From Eledone cirrhosa (Eukaryota): a DNA stretch of 64,000 bases. Both the position numbers and the translations under genes were made by a program. How positions within the stretch are numbered: position 1 is the first letter of the stretch; each line of letters opens with the position of its first letter. Shown here in pieces: positions 36,868 through 50,002 of the stretch. Under the pieces are notes generated by a model. It saw only the letters and a program-made list of their open reading frames with translations. It did no database searches and was not told where the DNA came from. The stretch is taken from the NCBI GenBank assembly GCA_964016885.1, contig OZ024740.1:153760001-153824000 (forward strand). The letters are read 5' to 3'.

Positions 36868-37200
36868 TTACTTTATCGTTATTTCAATATGAAACCAAAC
36901 TGTTTGTTTGGTTAAAACCATCCTTCTGTTACAGATATATTATTTACTATTTTGTAATCTTACAATTTTAGATTATAAACTAAAATCAGTTTGAACCAGT
37001 TATCAAAAAGTATATGACTGTCCTAAACCTCGAGTTTCATCAAGCCGTAGCTTATTCTATATTAACCTTTCTACTTGTTTAGGATGAGAATGATAAAGTT
37101 AAAAAGTGAGTGCGTGTGAGTGACCACGAATGATAAAGCAAGTAATAATTTAATATGACTCGTCTAATTGTAGTTTAAAAGTTATCTTCGTAAACAGTAA

Positions 37201-37284
37201 GTCAAGATGGCCGAGCGGTGTATAGAGCTGCGTTTAGGTCGCAGTCAGGTGTTCCCGACGTGAGTTCGAATCCCACTTCTGACA
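37201..37284 (+). pseudogene. tRNA-Leu(TAG)-like copy, class D
   Basis: As 3662-3745. Confidence 0.75.
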
Positions 37285-37865
37285 ACAGTTTTATCTATGT
37301 TGTATTAAACCAATCAATCTTCAGTGACAGAATTAATCAGGTTTATTCAATATTCACTACCAAATCAGACGATAGATCCCTACTTTCTATCAATATTCGT
37401 TTTTTTACGAAATTCTATAGAATGGTCTCATTATGTATTCATTTGTTTACTTATGTGTTTATTTTCATTGATTTATTGCAGAAGCGAAAGTATCGTTGAT
37501 ATCACATCTCAAATTCATATTGATATCACTATGATAATTGATATTGATATCACTATGATAATTCATATTGATATCACTATGATAATTCATACTTATTTAA
37601 TCATCCGTGCGAAAGAGAGAGAGAAACAGACACAAATAAATATATCGAGAGAAACGGTGAGAGAGAAAGAGAGAGGGAGAGAGTGAGAGAGAGGGAGAGA
37701 GTGAGAGAGAGAGTGAGAAATATATAGAGAGAAATAGAAAGAGAGAGAAAGAAAGAGAGTGAGAAAAAGAGAAAGAGAGAAAGAGAGAGAATGCACCACC
37801 AACGATAAATAGTTAATAAAATATGCATTGTCTAATTATTAAAACTTTTTTCCGGAACGTGTTAA

Positions 37866-37948
37866 GGAAGGATGGGCAAGTGGTCTAGGGCACTGCGTTC
37901 AGGTCGCAGTCGGATGTCCCGTCGTGGGTTCGAATCCCACTCCTGACG
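37866..37948 (+). pseudogene. tRNA-Leu(CAG) pseudogene, class F1
   Basis: Same as 15256-15338. Confidence 0.8.
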
Positions 37949-38768
37949 TAACTTTTTTTGTAATTTCAATATGAAAACAACTGTTTGTTATTTTAAACCA
38001 TCCTTCTGTTACAGAATTATTATTTACAATTTGTAATCCTAATGTTTTAGATTACTGACCAAAATCAGTTAGAACCAGTAATGAACGCAATCATTTGTTA
38101 AAAATAATGTTGGAATGTTTGAGACAATGTGTTGACTAGGTGAGATATCATATCTAGAACGTTGGAATGAAAGTATACTAAAGAAAAATACGGTGTTGTA
38201 TCTTCCTCACCTAGTCAACATGTGGGGATAGCACATTCGCTCCAACAATTATAACAAATCATTGCGTTCATTACTAGTTCTAACTGATTTTGGTCCGCAA
38301 TCCAAAAGATTAGGATTATAAAATAATAAATATTAATTCTGTAACAGAAGGATGGTTTAAAACAAGAAACAATTGTTTTCATATTGAAATAACAAAACTG
38401 TAATATCAACGATAGTTTCGCTTCTTAAATAAACCACTGGCAATAAATAAATATATAAATAATGACACTACCATATACAATTTCGTAAAAAATGAATAGT
38501 GTGAGTATTAGGGATCTACCTTCTGGTGGATGTGTGTCACGTCATGATGGGGACGTTGTACTTTCATTTGGTAGTAAATATTGGATAAACTACGACCTGA
38601 TAAATTTGCATATAATAAATCTGTCACTGAAGAAAATAGAGGGAGAGTTACTTCTTATTTCTTTCTAACTAGTAGAGAGACCTAATGCATACCGGGTGTC
38701 CCGTGGGGTCAGGATGAATACGGTGAGAATAATAGAGAGAAAGAAAGAGGGAGGATATGAAATTAAGA

Positions 38769-38821
<53 letters not shown>

Positions 38822-38901
38822 CACCACCAACGATAAATCAGGTAAACAATTTAATATGCTTCGTCTAATTATTGTTAAAATGTTACTTCTAGATCCGGTA
38901 G

Positions 38902-38943
38902 GTCAGGATGTCAGAGCTCTCTAAGGTGTTGCCTCCAGATCAC
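38902..38943 (+). pseudogene. 5' half of a class C tRNA-Leu pseudogene
   Basis: Same junction as 16282-16323. Confidence 0.75.
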
Positions 38944-38989
38944 CCTTTTAAACTAATTATAGTTTAAAAGTTACCTTCATAATCAGTAA

Positions 38990-39073
38990 GTCAGGATGGC
39001 CGAGCGGTCTAAGGCGCTGCGTTCAGGTCGCAGTCGGGTTTTCCGGGCGTGGGTTCGAATCCCACTTCTGACA
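38990..39073 (+). tRNA. trnL-CAG: tRNA-Leu(CAG), class A
   Basis: Full length; one variable-arm mismatch. Confidence 0.85.
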
Positions 39074-39153
39074 TTACATTTTTGTTATTTCAATACAAAC
39101 TGATGGTTTAAACCACCCTTATCTTACAGATTCATTATTTACAATTTAGTAGT

Positions 39154-39334
39154 GGTGGTTTGGCAGTATCGGTAGAGAGTCGGATGCCATGCTTTCCAGC
39201 ATAGTTACGCCCCTTTACGGTCTGAGTTCAAATCCAGCCGGGGTTCACTTTGCCTTTCAACCTTACGGGGTCGATAAAATAAAGTACCAGTAATGTACTG
39301 GCTAATTGCTGACTCTGTGCCAAAAGTAGAAACA
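39154..39334 (+). mobile_element. SINE (same insertion)
   Basis: As 473-652. Confidence 0.85.
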
Positions 39335-39814
39335 TTTATTTACAATTTGGTAGGCAAACAGTTTTAGATTGTAAACCTAAATCAGTTAGAAGCAGTTATG
39401 AAAACGAATATTGAGAGAAAGTAGGGATCTATCTTCTGATGGATTTGTGTCCCGTCAAGATGGGAACGTTGTACTTTCATTTAATAGTAAATATTGGATA
39501 AACTACGACCTGGTGAATTTGTAAATAGTAATCCGAAAGAGAGAGAGAGAGAAACAGAGATTTAGAAATATAAAGAGAGAGTAAGAGAGAGAGTAATAGG
39601 GGGAGAGAGAGTGGGGAATGGAGAAAGAGAAATAGAGAGAGAGAGAGTCAGAAAGAGGGAGATAGATAGATAGAGGTAGATAGTGAAAGAGAGAGGGAGA
39701 GGGAGTGAGAGAGAGAGAGAGAGAAAGACAGGCAGAGGGAAACCACCACCAAATATAAATAGTTAATAAAATATGCCTTGTCTAATTATTGTTAAAACGT
39801 TCTCCTCGAAGCTG

Positions 39815-39875
39815 GGCGCTGCGTTCAGGTCGCAGTCGGGTCTTCCCGGCGTGGGTTCGAATCCCACTTCTGACA
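39815..39875 (+). pseudogene. Class B tRNA-Leu with a 27-bp 5' deletion (A box lost)
   Basis: GAAGCTGG joined directly to GCGCTGCGTTCAGG. Confidence 0.88.
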
Positions 39876-40673
39876 GTACAGTTTTGTTACTTCAATATGA
39901 AAACAACTGTTTGTTGTTTTAAACTATCCTTCTGTTAGAGAATTATTATTTAATTTTATAACCCTAATGTTTTAGATTGCAGATCAAAATCAGTTAGAAC
40001 CAGTAATGAAACAAATCATTTGTTAAAAATAATGTTAAGAATGAGGAATATAATAGATGGAGGAATTCTAGCAACAATATATGCTTTGAGACGGGATAAA
40101 ATATCACCCGGATTATTCATAAGTATGAATTTTCAAAGTGATATAAACGATAGTTTTGCTTCTTAAATAAACCACGAATGAGATTACAACATTCCCCTCT
40201 TGACGTGTCTCAAATCCGTCGTAAAATTAATCCACAGTTACTCTCAATTACTTATCTTTTACTAAATGATATACGACTGCATTATTATTATCATTATTTA
40301 TTATTATCAAATTTATCGTTGATATCATTATGAAAATTTATAATTATTAATATTTCGGATGATTTTATCCCGTCTCAAAGAATATATCGTAGCTTGAATT
40401 CCGCCATCCATTACGTTACTCCTTGTGAAGAAAAGAGAAGGAGAGTTGTTTGTTATTTCTTTCTAGGTAGTAGAGATACCTAATGCATAGTGGGTGTCCC
40501 GTGGGGTCAGGGAGAATACGGTGAGAATAATAGAGAGAAAGAAAGAGGGAGGATATTAGATTAAGAGAGAGAGAGAGAGTGGGGGAGAGAAAGCACCACC
40601 AACGATAAATCAGGTAAACAATTTAATATGCTTCGTCTAATTATTGTTAAAATGTTACTTCTAGATACAGTAG

Positions 40674-40757
40674 GTCAGAATGTAAGAGCTCTCTAAGGTG
40701 TTGTGTACAGATCACAGTCGGGTCTCCCTTCCGTGGGTTAGAATCCCACTTCAGACA
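40674..40757 (+). pseudogene. tRNA-Leu pseudogene, class C
   Basis: As 18079-18162. Confidence 0.82.
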
Positions 40758-41089
40758 TTACTTTATTGTTATTTCAATATGAAACCAAACTGTTTGTTGG
40801 TTTAAACCATCCTTCTGATACAGATATATTATTTACTATTTTGTAATCTTACTCTTTTAGATTATAAACTAAAATCAGTTTGAACCAGTTATCAAAAAGT
40901 ATATGACTGTCCTAAACCTCGAGTTTCATCAAGCCGTAGCTTATCCTATATTAACCTTTCTACTTGTTTAGGATGAGAATGATAAAGTTAAAAAGTGAGA
41001 GAGTGTGAGTAACCACGAATGATAAAGCAAGTAATAATTTAATATGACTCGTCTAATTTTAGTTTAACAGTTATCTTCGCAAACAGTAA

Positions 41090-41173
41090 GTCATGATGGC
41101 CGAGCGGTGTAAGGAGCTGCGTTTAGGTCGCAGTCAGGTGTTCCCGGCGTGAGTTCGAATCCCACATCTGACA
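41090..41173 (+). pseudogene. tRNA-Leu(TAG)-like copy, class D
   Basis: As 3662-3745. Confidence 0.78.
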
Positions 41174-41763
41174 ACAGTTTTATCACATTCTAATATTATA
41201 TCGAAAGTATAATCAATCTTCAGTGACAGAATTACTATTTACAAATTTATCAGGTCGTAGTTTATTCAATATTTACTACCAAATCAGAGTACAACGTTCC
41301 CATGTCGAGAGGACAGACATCCATCAGACGATAGATCCCTACTTTCTATCAATATTCTTTTTTTTTTACAAAATTCTATAGGATGGTCTCATTATTTAAT
41401 CATTTGTTACGTCCCTTTACAGTCTGAGTTCAAATCCCGCCGAGGTTTACTTTGCCTTTCATCCTTACGATGTCGATAAAATAAAGCTCCAGTAATGTAC
41501 TGGGTAATTGCTGGCCTTGTGCCTAAAGTAGAAACAGTTATTTCTTTCTAGCATGTGTAGAGACTTGTCGAAAGTGGGTGTCTCGTGGGGTTAGGGGGGT
41601 ACAGTGAGAATAATAGAGAGAAAGAAAGAGGGAGATTATGAAATTGAACGAGAGAGAGAGAGGGAGAGAGGGAGTGAGAGTGATCATTACCAATGATAAA
41701 GTAATTAACAATTTAATATGCCTCATCTAATTATAGTTTAAAAGGTACCTTCATAATCAGTAA

Positions 41764-41847
41764 GTCAGGATGGCCGAGCGGTCTAAGGCGCTGCGTTCAG
41801 GTCGCAGTCGGGTTTTCCCGGCGTGGGTTCGAATCCCACTTCTGACA
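41764..41847 (+). tRNA. trnL-CAG: tRNA-Leu(CAG), class A
   Basis: Consensus copy. Confidence 0.93.
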
Positions 41848-41927
41848 TTACATTTTTGTTATTTCAATACAAACTGATGGTTTAAACCACCCTTATCTTA
41901 CAGATTCATTATCTACAATTTAGTAGT

Positions 41928-42108
41928 GGTGGTTTGGCAGTATCGGTAGAGAGTCGGATGCCATGCTTTCCAGCATAGTTACGCCCCTTTACGGTCTGAG
42001 TTCAAATCCAGCCGGGGTTCACTTTGCCTTTCAACCTTACGGTGTCGATAAAATAAAGTACCAGTAATGTACTGGCTAATTGCTGACTCTGTGCCAAAGG
42101 TAGAAACA
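41928..42108 (+). mobile_element. SINE (same insertion)
   Basis: As 473-652. Confidence 0.85.
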
Positions 42109-42556
42109 ATTATTTACAATTTGGTAGTCAAACAGTTTTAGATTGTAAACCTAAATCAGTTAGAAGCAGTTATGAATGCATTCAGTTGTTAAAGATAATG
42201 TTTTATCGTTTTTAGTCAATGTACTATCCCTTAACGTTACTAGGTGCCTTGCACAAAGTTAACTTTCGATATACAAAGATACGTACAGGTCACAGCTGGA
42301 GGATATTGTATTGTAACTATTCTAGACCGGAGATGGACGTTACTGGACACAAAGAAATTACAATATACGTGTTTCATGATTTCACAAATATATTTAAAAT
42401 GTTTAAGTCTATTTCAAACTTAAAGTTTCATCAAGCCCAAGCTTATCCTATATTAACTAACGTTAGGCAAATGAGATTACAACATTCCCATCTTGACGAG
42501 ACTCAAATCCGTCGGGAAATTAAGCCTCAGTTACTGCCAGTATAATTTGTTTACTA

Positions 42557-42608
42557 AAGGCGCTGCGTTCAGATCGCAGTCTTCTCGGTTCGAATCCCAC
42601 TTCTGACA
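42557..42608 (+). pseudogene. tRNA-Leu fragment, class E
   Basis: Same as 1101-1152. Confidence 0.85.
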
Positions 42609-43342
42609 ACAATATTATCACATATAAATACGATATCAAAAGTATGATGTCTTAAACCAATCTTCAATAGCAGAATTACTATTTACAAATTCACCAGGTC
42701 GTAGTTGATCCAATATTTACTATTAAATGAAAGTACAACGTTCCCATCTTGACGGGACACAAATCCATCAGAAGATAGATCCCTACTTTCTCTCAATATT
42801 CGTTTTTTTAACAAATTTTTTGATGATGGTGTCATTATTTATTTATTTGTTTATTTATGTGTTTATTTATTTTCATTAGTTTATTTAAGGAGCGAACCTA
42901 TCGTTGATATCACTGTGATAATTCATATTGATATCACTATGAAAATTCATATTGATATCACTATGAAAATTCATACTTATTTAGTAATCCGAAAGAGAGA
43001 GAGAGAGAGAGATAGAGAGAGAGAAATAGAGATTTAGAAATATAGAGAGAGATACAGGGGGAGAGAAAGAGAGAGTGAGAGAGAGTAATAGGGAGAGAGA
43101 GAGTGGGGAATGGAGAAAGAGAAATAGAGAGAGAGAGAGAGAAAGAGGGAGATAGATAGATAGATAGATAGACAGAGAGAGAGAGAGACAGAGAGAAAGA
43201 AAGAGAGAGAGGGAGAGAGAGAGATAGATAGATAGAGAGAGAGAGAGAAAGAGATGCAGAGGGAAACCACCACCAACGATAAATAGTTAATAAAATATGC
43301 CTTGTCTAATTATTGTTAAAACGTTTTGCAAGAAGTTGGTGA

Positions 43343-43426
43343 GTCAGGATGGCCGAGCGGTCTAAGGCGCTGCGTTCAGGTCGCAGTCGGGTCTTCCCGG
43401 CGTGGGTTCGAATCCCACTTCTGACA
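43343..43426 (+). tRNA. trnL-CAG: tRNA-Leu(CAG), class B
   Basis: Consensus copy. Confidence 0.94.
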
Positions 43427-43870
43427 GTACAGTTTTGTTACTTCAATATGAAAACAACTGTTTGTTGTTTTAAACTATCCTTCTGTTAGAGAATTATTAT
43501 TTAATTTTATAACCCTAATGTTTTAGATTGCAGATCAAAATCAGTTAGAACCAGTAATGAAACAAATCATTTGTTAAAAATAATGTTAAGAATGAGGAAT
43601 ATAATAGATGGAGGAATTCTAGCAACAATATATGATTTGAGACGGGATAAAATATCACCCGGATTATTCATAAGTATGAATTTTCAAAGTGATATAAACG
43701 ATAGATTTGCTTCTTGAATAAACCACGAATGAGATTACAACATTCCCATCTTGACGTGTCTCAAATCCGTCGTAAAATTAATCCACAGTTACTCTCAATT
43801 ACTTATCTTTTACTAAATGATATACGACTGCATTATTATTATCATTATTTATTATTATCAATTATTATTA

Positions 43871-44057
43871 GGGCGGTGGATTGGCAGTATCGGTAGAGGG
43901 TCTGACGCCATGCTTTGCAGCAAAGAGTTACGCCCCTTTATGGTTTGAGTTCAAATCCCGCCGAGGTTAACTTTGCCTTTCATCCTTACGGGGTCGATAA
44001 AATAAAGTACCAGTAATGCACTGGATAATTGCTGGCCTTGTGCCAAAAGTAGAAACA
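43871..44057 (+). mobile_element. SINE, independent insertion
   Basis: 18-bp direct repeat ATTATTTATTATTATCAA at 43844-43861 and 44058-44075. Confidence 0.88.
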
Positions 44058-44338
44058 ATTATTTATTATTATCAAATTTATCGTTGATATCATTATGAAA
44101 ATTTATAATTATTAATATTTCGGATGATTTTATCCCGTCTCAAAGAATATATCGTAGCTTGAATTCCGCCATCCATTACGTTACTCCTTGTGAAGAAAAT
44201 AGGAAAGTTGCTTGTTATTTCTTTCTCGCTAGTAGAGAGACCTAATGCATAGTGGGTGTCCCGTGGGGTCAGGGAGAATACGGTGAGAATAATAGAGAGA
44301 AAGAAAGAGGGAGGATATGAGATTGAGAGGGAGAGAGA

Positions 44339-44369
<31 letters not shown>

Positions 44370-44395
44370 GGGAGGGAGAGAGAGAGAGTGAGGGA

Positions 44396-44433
<38 letters not shown>

Positions 44434-44510
44434 TCCACCAACGATAAATCAGGTAAACAATTTAATATGCTACGTCTAATTATTGTTAAAATGTTACTTC
44501 TAGATCCGGT

Positions 44511-44583
44511 AGAGCTCTCTAAGGTGTTGTGTACAGATCACAGTCGGGTCTCCCTTCCGTGTGTTAGAATCCCACTTCTGACA
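44511..44583 (+). pseudogene. tRNA-Leu pseudogene, class C, 5'-deleted
   Basis: First ~11 nt missing. Confidence 0.8.
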
Positions 44584-44915
44584 TTACTTTATTGTTATTT
44601 CAATATGAAACCAAACTGTTTGTTGGTTTAAACCATCCTTCTGTTACAGATATATTATTTACTATTTTGTAATCTTACTCTTTTAGATTATAAACTAAAA
44701 TCAGTTTGAACCAGTTATCAAAAAGTATATGACTGTCCTAAACCTCGAGTTTCATCAAGCCGTAGCTTATCCTATATTAACCTTTCTACTTGTTTAGGAT
44801 GAGAATGATAAAGTTAAAAAGTGAGAGAGTGTGAGTGACCACGAATGATAAAGCAAGTAATAATTTAATATGTCTCGTCTAATTGTAGTTTAACAGTTAT
44901 CTTCGTAAACAGTAA

Positions 44916-44999
44916 GTCATGATGGCCGAGCTGTGTAAGGCACTGCGTTTAGGTCGCAGTCAGGTGTTCCCAACGTGAGTTCGATTCCCACTTCTGACA
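44916..44999 (+). pseudogene. tRNA-Leu(TAG)-like copy, class D
   Basis: As 3662-3745, more diverged. Confidence 0.78.
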
Positions 45000-45715
45000 A
45001 CAGTTTTATCACATTTTAATAATATATCGAAAGTATAATCAATCTTCAGTGACAGAATTACTAATTTACAAATTTATCAGGTCGTAGTTTATTCAATATT
45101 TACTACCAAATCAGAGTACAACGTTCCCATGTCGAGGGGACAGACATCCATCAGACGATAGATCCCTACTTTCTATCAATATTCGTTTTTTTACGAAATT
45201 CTATAGAATGGTGTCATTATGTATTCATTTGTTTACTTATGTGTTTATTTTCATTGGTTTATTTCAGAAGCGAAACCATTGTTGATATCACATCTCAAAT
45301 TCATATTGATATCACTATGATAATTGATATTGATATCACTATGATAATTGATATTGATATCACTATAATAATTCATATTGATATCACTATGATAATTCAT
45401 ATTGATATCAGTATGATAATTCATATTGATATCACTATGATAATTCATACTTATTTAATCCTCCGTGCGAAAGAGAGAGAGAAACAGGGACAAATAAATA
45501 TATATAGAGAGACGGTGAGAGAGAAAGAGAGAGGGAGAGAGTGAGAGAGAAAGTGAGAAATAGAGAGAGAGAAATAGAAAGAGAAAGAAAGAAAGAGAAT
45601 GAGAAAAAGGGAAAGAGAGAAAGAGAGAAAGAGAGAGAGAAAGCACCACCAACGATAAATATTTAATAAAATATGCATTGTCTAATTATTAAAACTTTTT
45701 TACGGAGCCTATTAA

Positions 45716-45796
45716 GTCAGGATGGCCAAGTGGTCTAGGGCGCTGCATCAGGTCGCAGTCGGGTGTCCCGCGTGGGTTCGAATCCCACTCCTGACA
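45716..45796 (+). pseudogene. tRNA-Leu(CAG) pseudogene, class F2-like
   Basis: Deletion in the anticodon arm (GCATCAGGT). Confidence 0.78.
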
Positions 45797-46783
45797 TAAC
45801 TTTTTTGTAATTTCAATATGAAAACAACTGTTTGTTATTTTAAACCATCCTTCTGTTTCAGAATTATTATTTACAATTTGTAATCCTAAAGTTTTAGATT
45901 ACTGACCAAAATCAGTTAGAACCAGTAATGAACGCAATCATTTGTTAAAAATAATGTTGAAATGTTTGAGACAATGTGTTGACTAGGTGAGATATCATAT
46001 CTAGAACGTTGGAATGAAAGTATACTAAAGAAAAATTCGGTGTTGTATCTTCCTCACCTAGTCAACATGTGGGGATAGCACATTCGCTCCAAAAATTATA
46101 ACAAATCATTGCGTTCATTACTAGTTCTAACTTATTTTGGTCCGCAATCCAAAAGATTAGGATTATAAAATAATAAATATTAATTCTGTAACAGAAGGAT
46201 GGTTTAAAACAAGAAACAATTGTTTTCATATTGAAATAACAAAACTGTAATATCAACGATAGTTTCGCTTCTTAAATGAACCACTGGCAATAAATAAATA
46301 TATAAATAATGACACTACCATATACAATTTCGTAAAAAATGAATAGTGTGAGTATTAGGGATCTATCTTCTGGTGGATTTGTGTCCCGTCATGTTGGGGA
46401 CGTTGTACTTTCATTTGGTAGTAAATATTGGATAAACTACGACCTGATAAATTTGCATATAATAAATCTGTCACTGAAGATTGATCAATACAACAATAAT
46501 AGGATAATTATGATACAAGATCCTTCAGCTGTGACCTTCTCGGATCTTTGTATATCGATGTCAACTTTGTGCAATGGAATGTATCTACAACGGTGTATAG
46601 AAAATGAGAGGCGGGTGGCACAATGTCTCAAAATTTATTTTTACCAAGCGAGTCTGTTCATAACTAATTTGGCTTTGTAATCTGAAACATTAGGACTACA
46701 AAATTGTAAATAATATCTCTGTAATAGTATGATGGTTTAAACAAACAAACAGTTGTTTTCATATCGAAATATCAAAAACGTTA

Positions 46784-46867
46784 TGTCAGAAGTGGGATTC
46801 GAACCCACGCCGGGAAAACCCGACTGCGACCTGAACGCAGCGCCTTAGACCGCTCGGCCATCCTGAC
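46784..46867 (-). tRNA. trnL-CAG: tRNA-Leu(CAG), inverted copy
   Basis: Exact reverse complement of the class A consensus. Confidence 0.93.
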
Positions 46868-47614
46868 TCACCGTTTATGAGTATAACTTTTGAACTATAA
46901 TTAGACGAGGCATATTAAATTGTTACTTGTTTTATCATCGTTAGCGATCACTCTCACTTGCTCTATCACACAGTCTCTCGTTCTATTATTCGTATTGTCT
47001 CCCTCCTCTTCCAACGAGACACCCAATATGCGAGAGGCCTCTCAACATGCTAGAAAGAAATAACAAGTAAATCTCCTTCAATTTTCACTCTATTTTCTTC
47101 ACAAGAAGGAATATAATAAATGGAGAAATTCAAGCAACAATATATGCTTTGAGACGGGATAAAATATCACCCGGATTATTCATAAGTATGAATTTTCATG
47201 GTGATATAAACGATAGTTTTGCTTTTTTAATTAAACCACGAATGAGATCACAGCTTTCCCATATTGACGTGACTCAAATACGTCGTAAAATTAATCCACA
47301 GTTACTCACTATAATCTTTTACTAAATTATGTTATTATCAATTTGTTTTCAGTAGTTTATTTAAGAAGAAAAGCTATCGTTGATATCATTATGAAAATTT
47401 ATACTTATTCATAATTCGGATGATTTTACCCCGTCTCAAATTATATATCGTAGCTTGAATTCCGCCATCCATTACGTTACTCCTCGTGAAGAAAATAGAG
47501 AGAAGGTTGCTTCTTTCTAGCTAGTAGAGAGACGTAATGCATATTGAGTGTCCTGTGGGGTCAGGGAGAATATGGTGAGAATAATAGAGAGAAAGAAAGA
47601 GGGAGGATATGAGA

Positions 47615-47676
<62 letters not shown>

Positions 47677-47721
47677 GAGATAGATAGATAGATAGAGAGA
47701 GAGAGAGCGAGAAAGAGAGTG

Positions 47722-47771
<50 letters not shown>

Positions 47772-47851
47772 CACCACCAACGATAAATCAAGTAAACAAT
47801 TTAATATGCTTCGTGTAATTATTGTTAAAATGTTACTTCTAGATCCGGTAG

Positions 47852-47935
47852 GTCAGGATGTCAGAGCTCTCTAAGGTGTTGTGTTCAGATCACAGTCGGG
47901 TCTCCCTTCCGTGGGTTAGAATCCCACTTCAGACA
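47852..47935 (+). pseudogene. tRNA-Leu pseudogene, class C
   Basis: As 3246-3329. Confidence 0.85.
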
Positions 47936-48128
47936 TTACTTTTTTGTTATTTCAATATGAAACCAAACTGTTTGTTGGTTTAAACCATCCTTCTGTTACA
48001 GATATATTATTTACTATTTTGTAATCTTACTCTTTTAGATTATAAACTAAAATCAGTTTGAACCAGTTATCAAAAAGTATATGACTGTCCGAGACCTCGA
48101 GTTTCATCAAGCCGTAGCTTATCCTATA

Positions 48129-49111
48129 CTAGCTGGCCTGTCTGGCTGGCGTCCGGCTAGGTATACCCGCACTTTATCGTTTCAGGAATCCCCCCTCCAG
48201 TCAAGTGCAATGATACCGCACGCCCTCTCAAGTCTGCGAGGTTGGGGGGGGGGGGGGGTATTAACGTGCTCTGATTTTGGGTTTGAATACTTTTTGGATT
48301 CTCCAGTTCAGCAGCCAATACTTTAATAAAAATTGATTGTTACAACAATAAAGGCTGCCTGAGCTATGTTGATGGTAATCGGGAAGCTTAGCCTCATTGG
48401 AAACTGAAGTCGCTTAACATGTTCTGTAACTGGCGAAGGGTTTCAAGTCTGGTTCCTGGGATGGCTCGATGGCAACGTATCGCTTGTGAATCTGCATCTC
48501 CAATGAAGTAGATTTGCAAAAACTTGTAGAGATTTGCAAAACTTGAAGTAGATTTGCAAAGACTTCCAATCATGTGGTACACTTGGCCCTGTACTTTAAA
48601 TGTGGGTATGTATCCGTGCTTTCGTGAAATAACTAGATTTTTGTTTTTGTGTATGCAAAAATATCTGTATACGAATATATATATTAAAATAACAGATTAA
48701 AGTTTAAGCAAAGAATCGCTGCTTTCACCCTTAACGGAATCTTCTGAAACTAAAAAAATCAACCTGTGAACGCAGAAGTAAGTATTTCGAAAAACCTTAT
48801 CTAATGCAGACAGCCAGACATACAGAGACATATTATAAGGGCGCAACGTTATAGCTATGTATCTATCTGAAAAGACAGACTAAGAAAAAGTGAGGAATGT
48901 CGTATAACCGGAAGTGTTGACATTTGATATTTTAAAGAAGTGAATATTTAAATAATGTCTTTAATCTTTTAACAAAATTCAGTAGACAAAAATCCCCTCA
49001 CTTTTTTACTTGGAAAAAGTTACATCAATGGTGCAAATTTGGTGCTGTTTGATTCAGCCGTTTCGCGAAAAGTTTGTTACATCCATACGGCCGTCAGCTT
49101 TATAATATAGA
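48129..49111 (-). mobile_element. Non-autonomous Helitron (983 bp)
   Basis: Minus strand starts TCTATATTATAAAG and ends CTAG, with an imperfect subterminal GC hairpin; inserted between A and T of CCTATA^TTAAC without a TSD; empty site in all paralogous spacers. Confidence 0.85.
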
Positions 49112-49252
49112 TTAACTAACGTTTCTACTTGTTTAGCATGAGAATGATAAAGAAAGTTAAAAGTGAGAGAGTGTGAGTGTCCACGAATGATAAAGCAAGT
49201 AATAATTTAATATGACTCGTCTAATTGTAGATTAAAAGTTCATAATCAGTAA

Positions 49253-49336
49253 GTCAAGATGGCCGAGTGGTCTAAGGCGCTGCGTGTAGGTCGCAGTCGG
49301 GTCTTCCCGGCATGGGTTCAAATGTCACTTCTGACA
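49253..49336 (+). pseudogene. tRNA-Leu(TAG)-like divergent copy
   Basis: Anticodon loop TGTAGGT; T-stem broken. Confidence 0.78.
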
Positions 49337-49691
49337 ACAGTTTTATCACATTTTAATAAGAAATCGAAAGTATGATGTATTAAACCAATCAATCTTCAGT
49401 GACAGAATTACTATTTACAAATTTATCAGGTCGTAGTTTATTCAATATTTACTACCAAATCAGAGTACAACGTTCCCATGTTGACAGGACACAAATCCAT
49501 CAGACGATAGATCCCTACTTTCTATCAATATTCGTTTTTTTACGAAATTCTATAGGATGGTGTCATTATTTATTTATTTGTTTATTTATTGTTTATTTAT
49601 TTTCATTGGTTTATTTAAGGAGCGAAATTATCGTTGATATCACTATGATAATTGATATTGATATCACTATGAAAATTCATACTTTAATAAG

Positions 49692-49728
<37 letters not shown>

Positions 49729-50002
49729 ATAGAGAGAGACGGAGAGAGAGAAAGAGTGAGAGAGAGTAATAGAGGGAGAGAGAGGGAGAGAGAGAGTGAG
49801 AGAGAGTGAGAGAGAGTGAGTGAGAGTGAGGAATATATAGAGAGAAATAGTGAGAGAGAGAAAGAAAGAGAGAGATAGATAGATAGATAGAGAGATAGAG
49901 ATAGATAGAGAGAGAGAGAGAGAAAGAAAGAGAGGGAGAGAGAAAGAGAGGGAGAGAGAAAGAGAAAGAGAGAGAAAACACAACCAAGCCTTGTCTAATT
50001 AT

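Noticed and set aside
45282-45450. 24-bp palindromic repeats resembling CRISPR repeats
   Set aside because: Head-to-tail with no unique spacers, no cas genes, eukaryotic context
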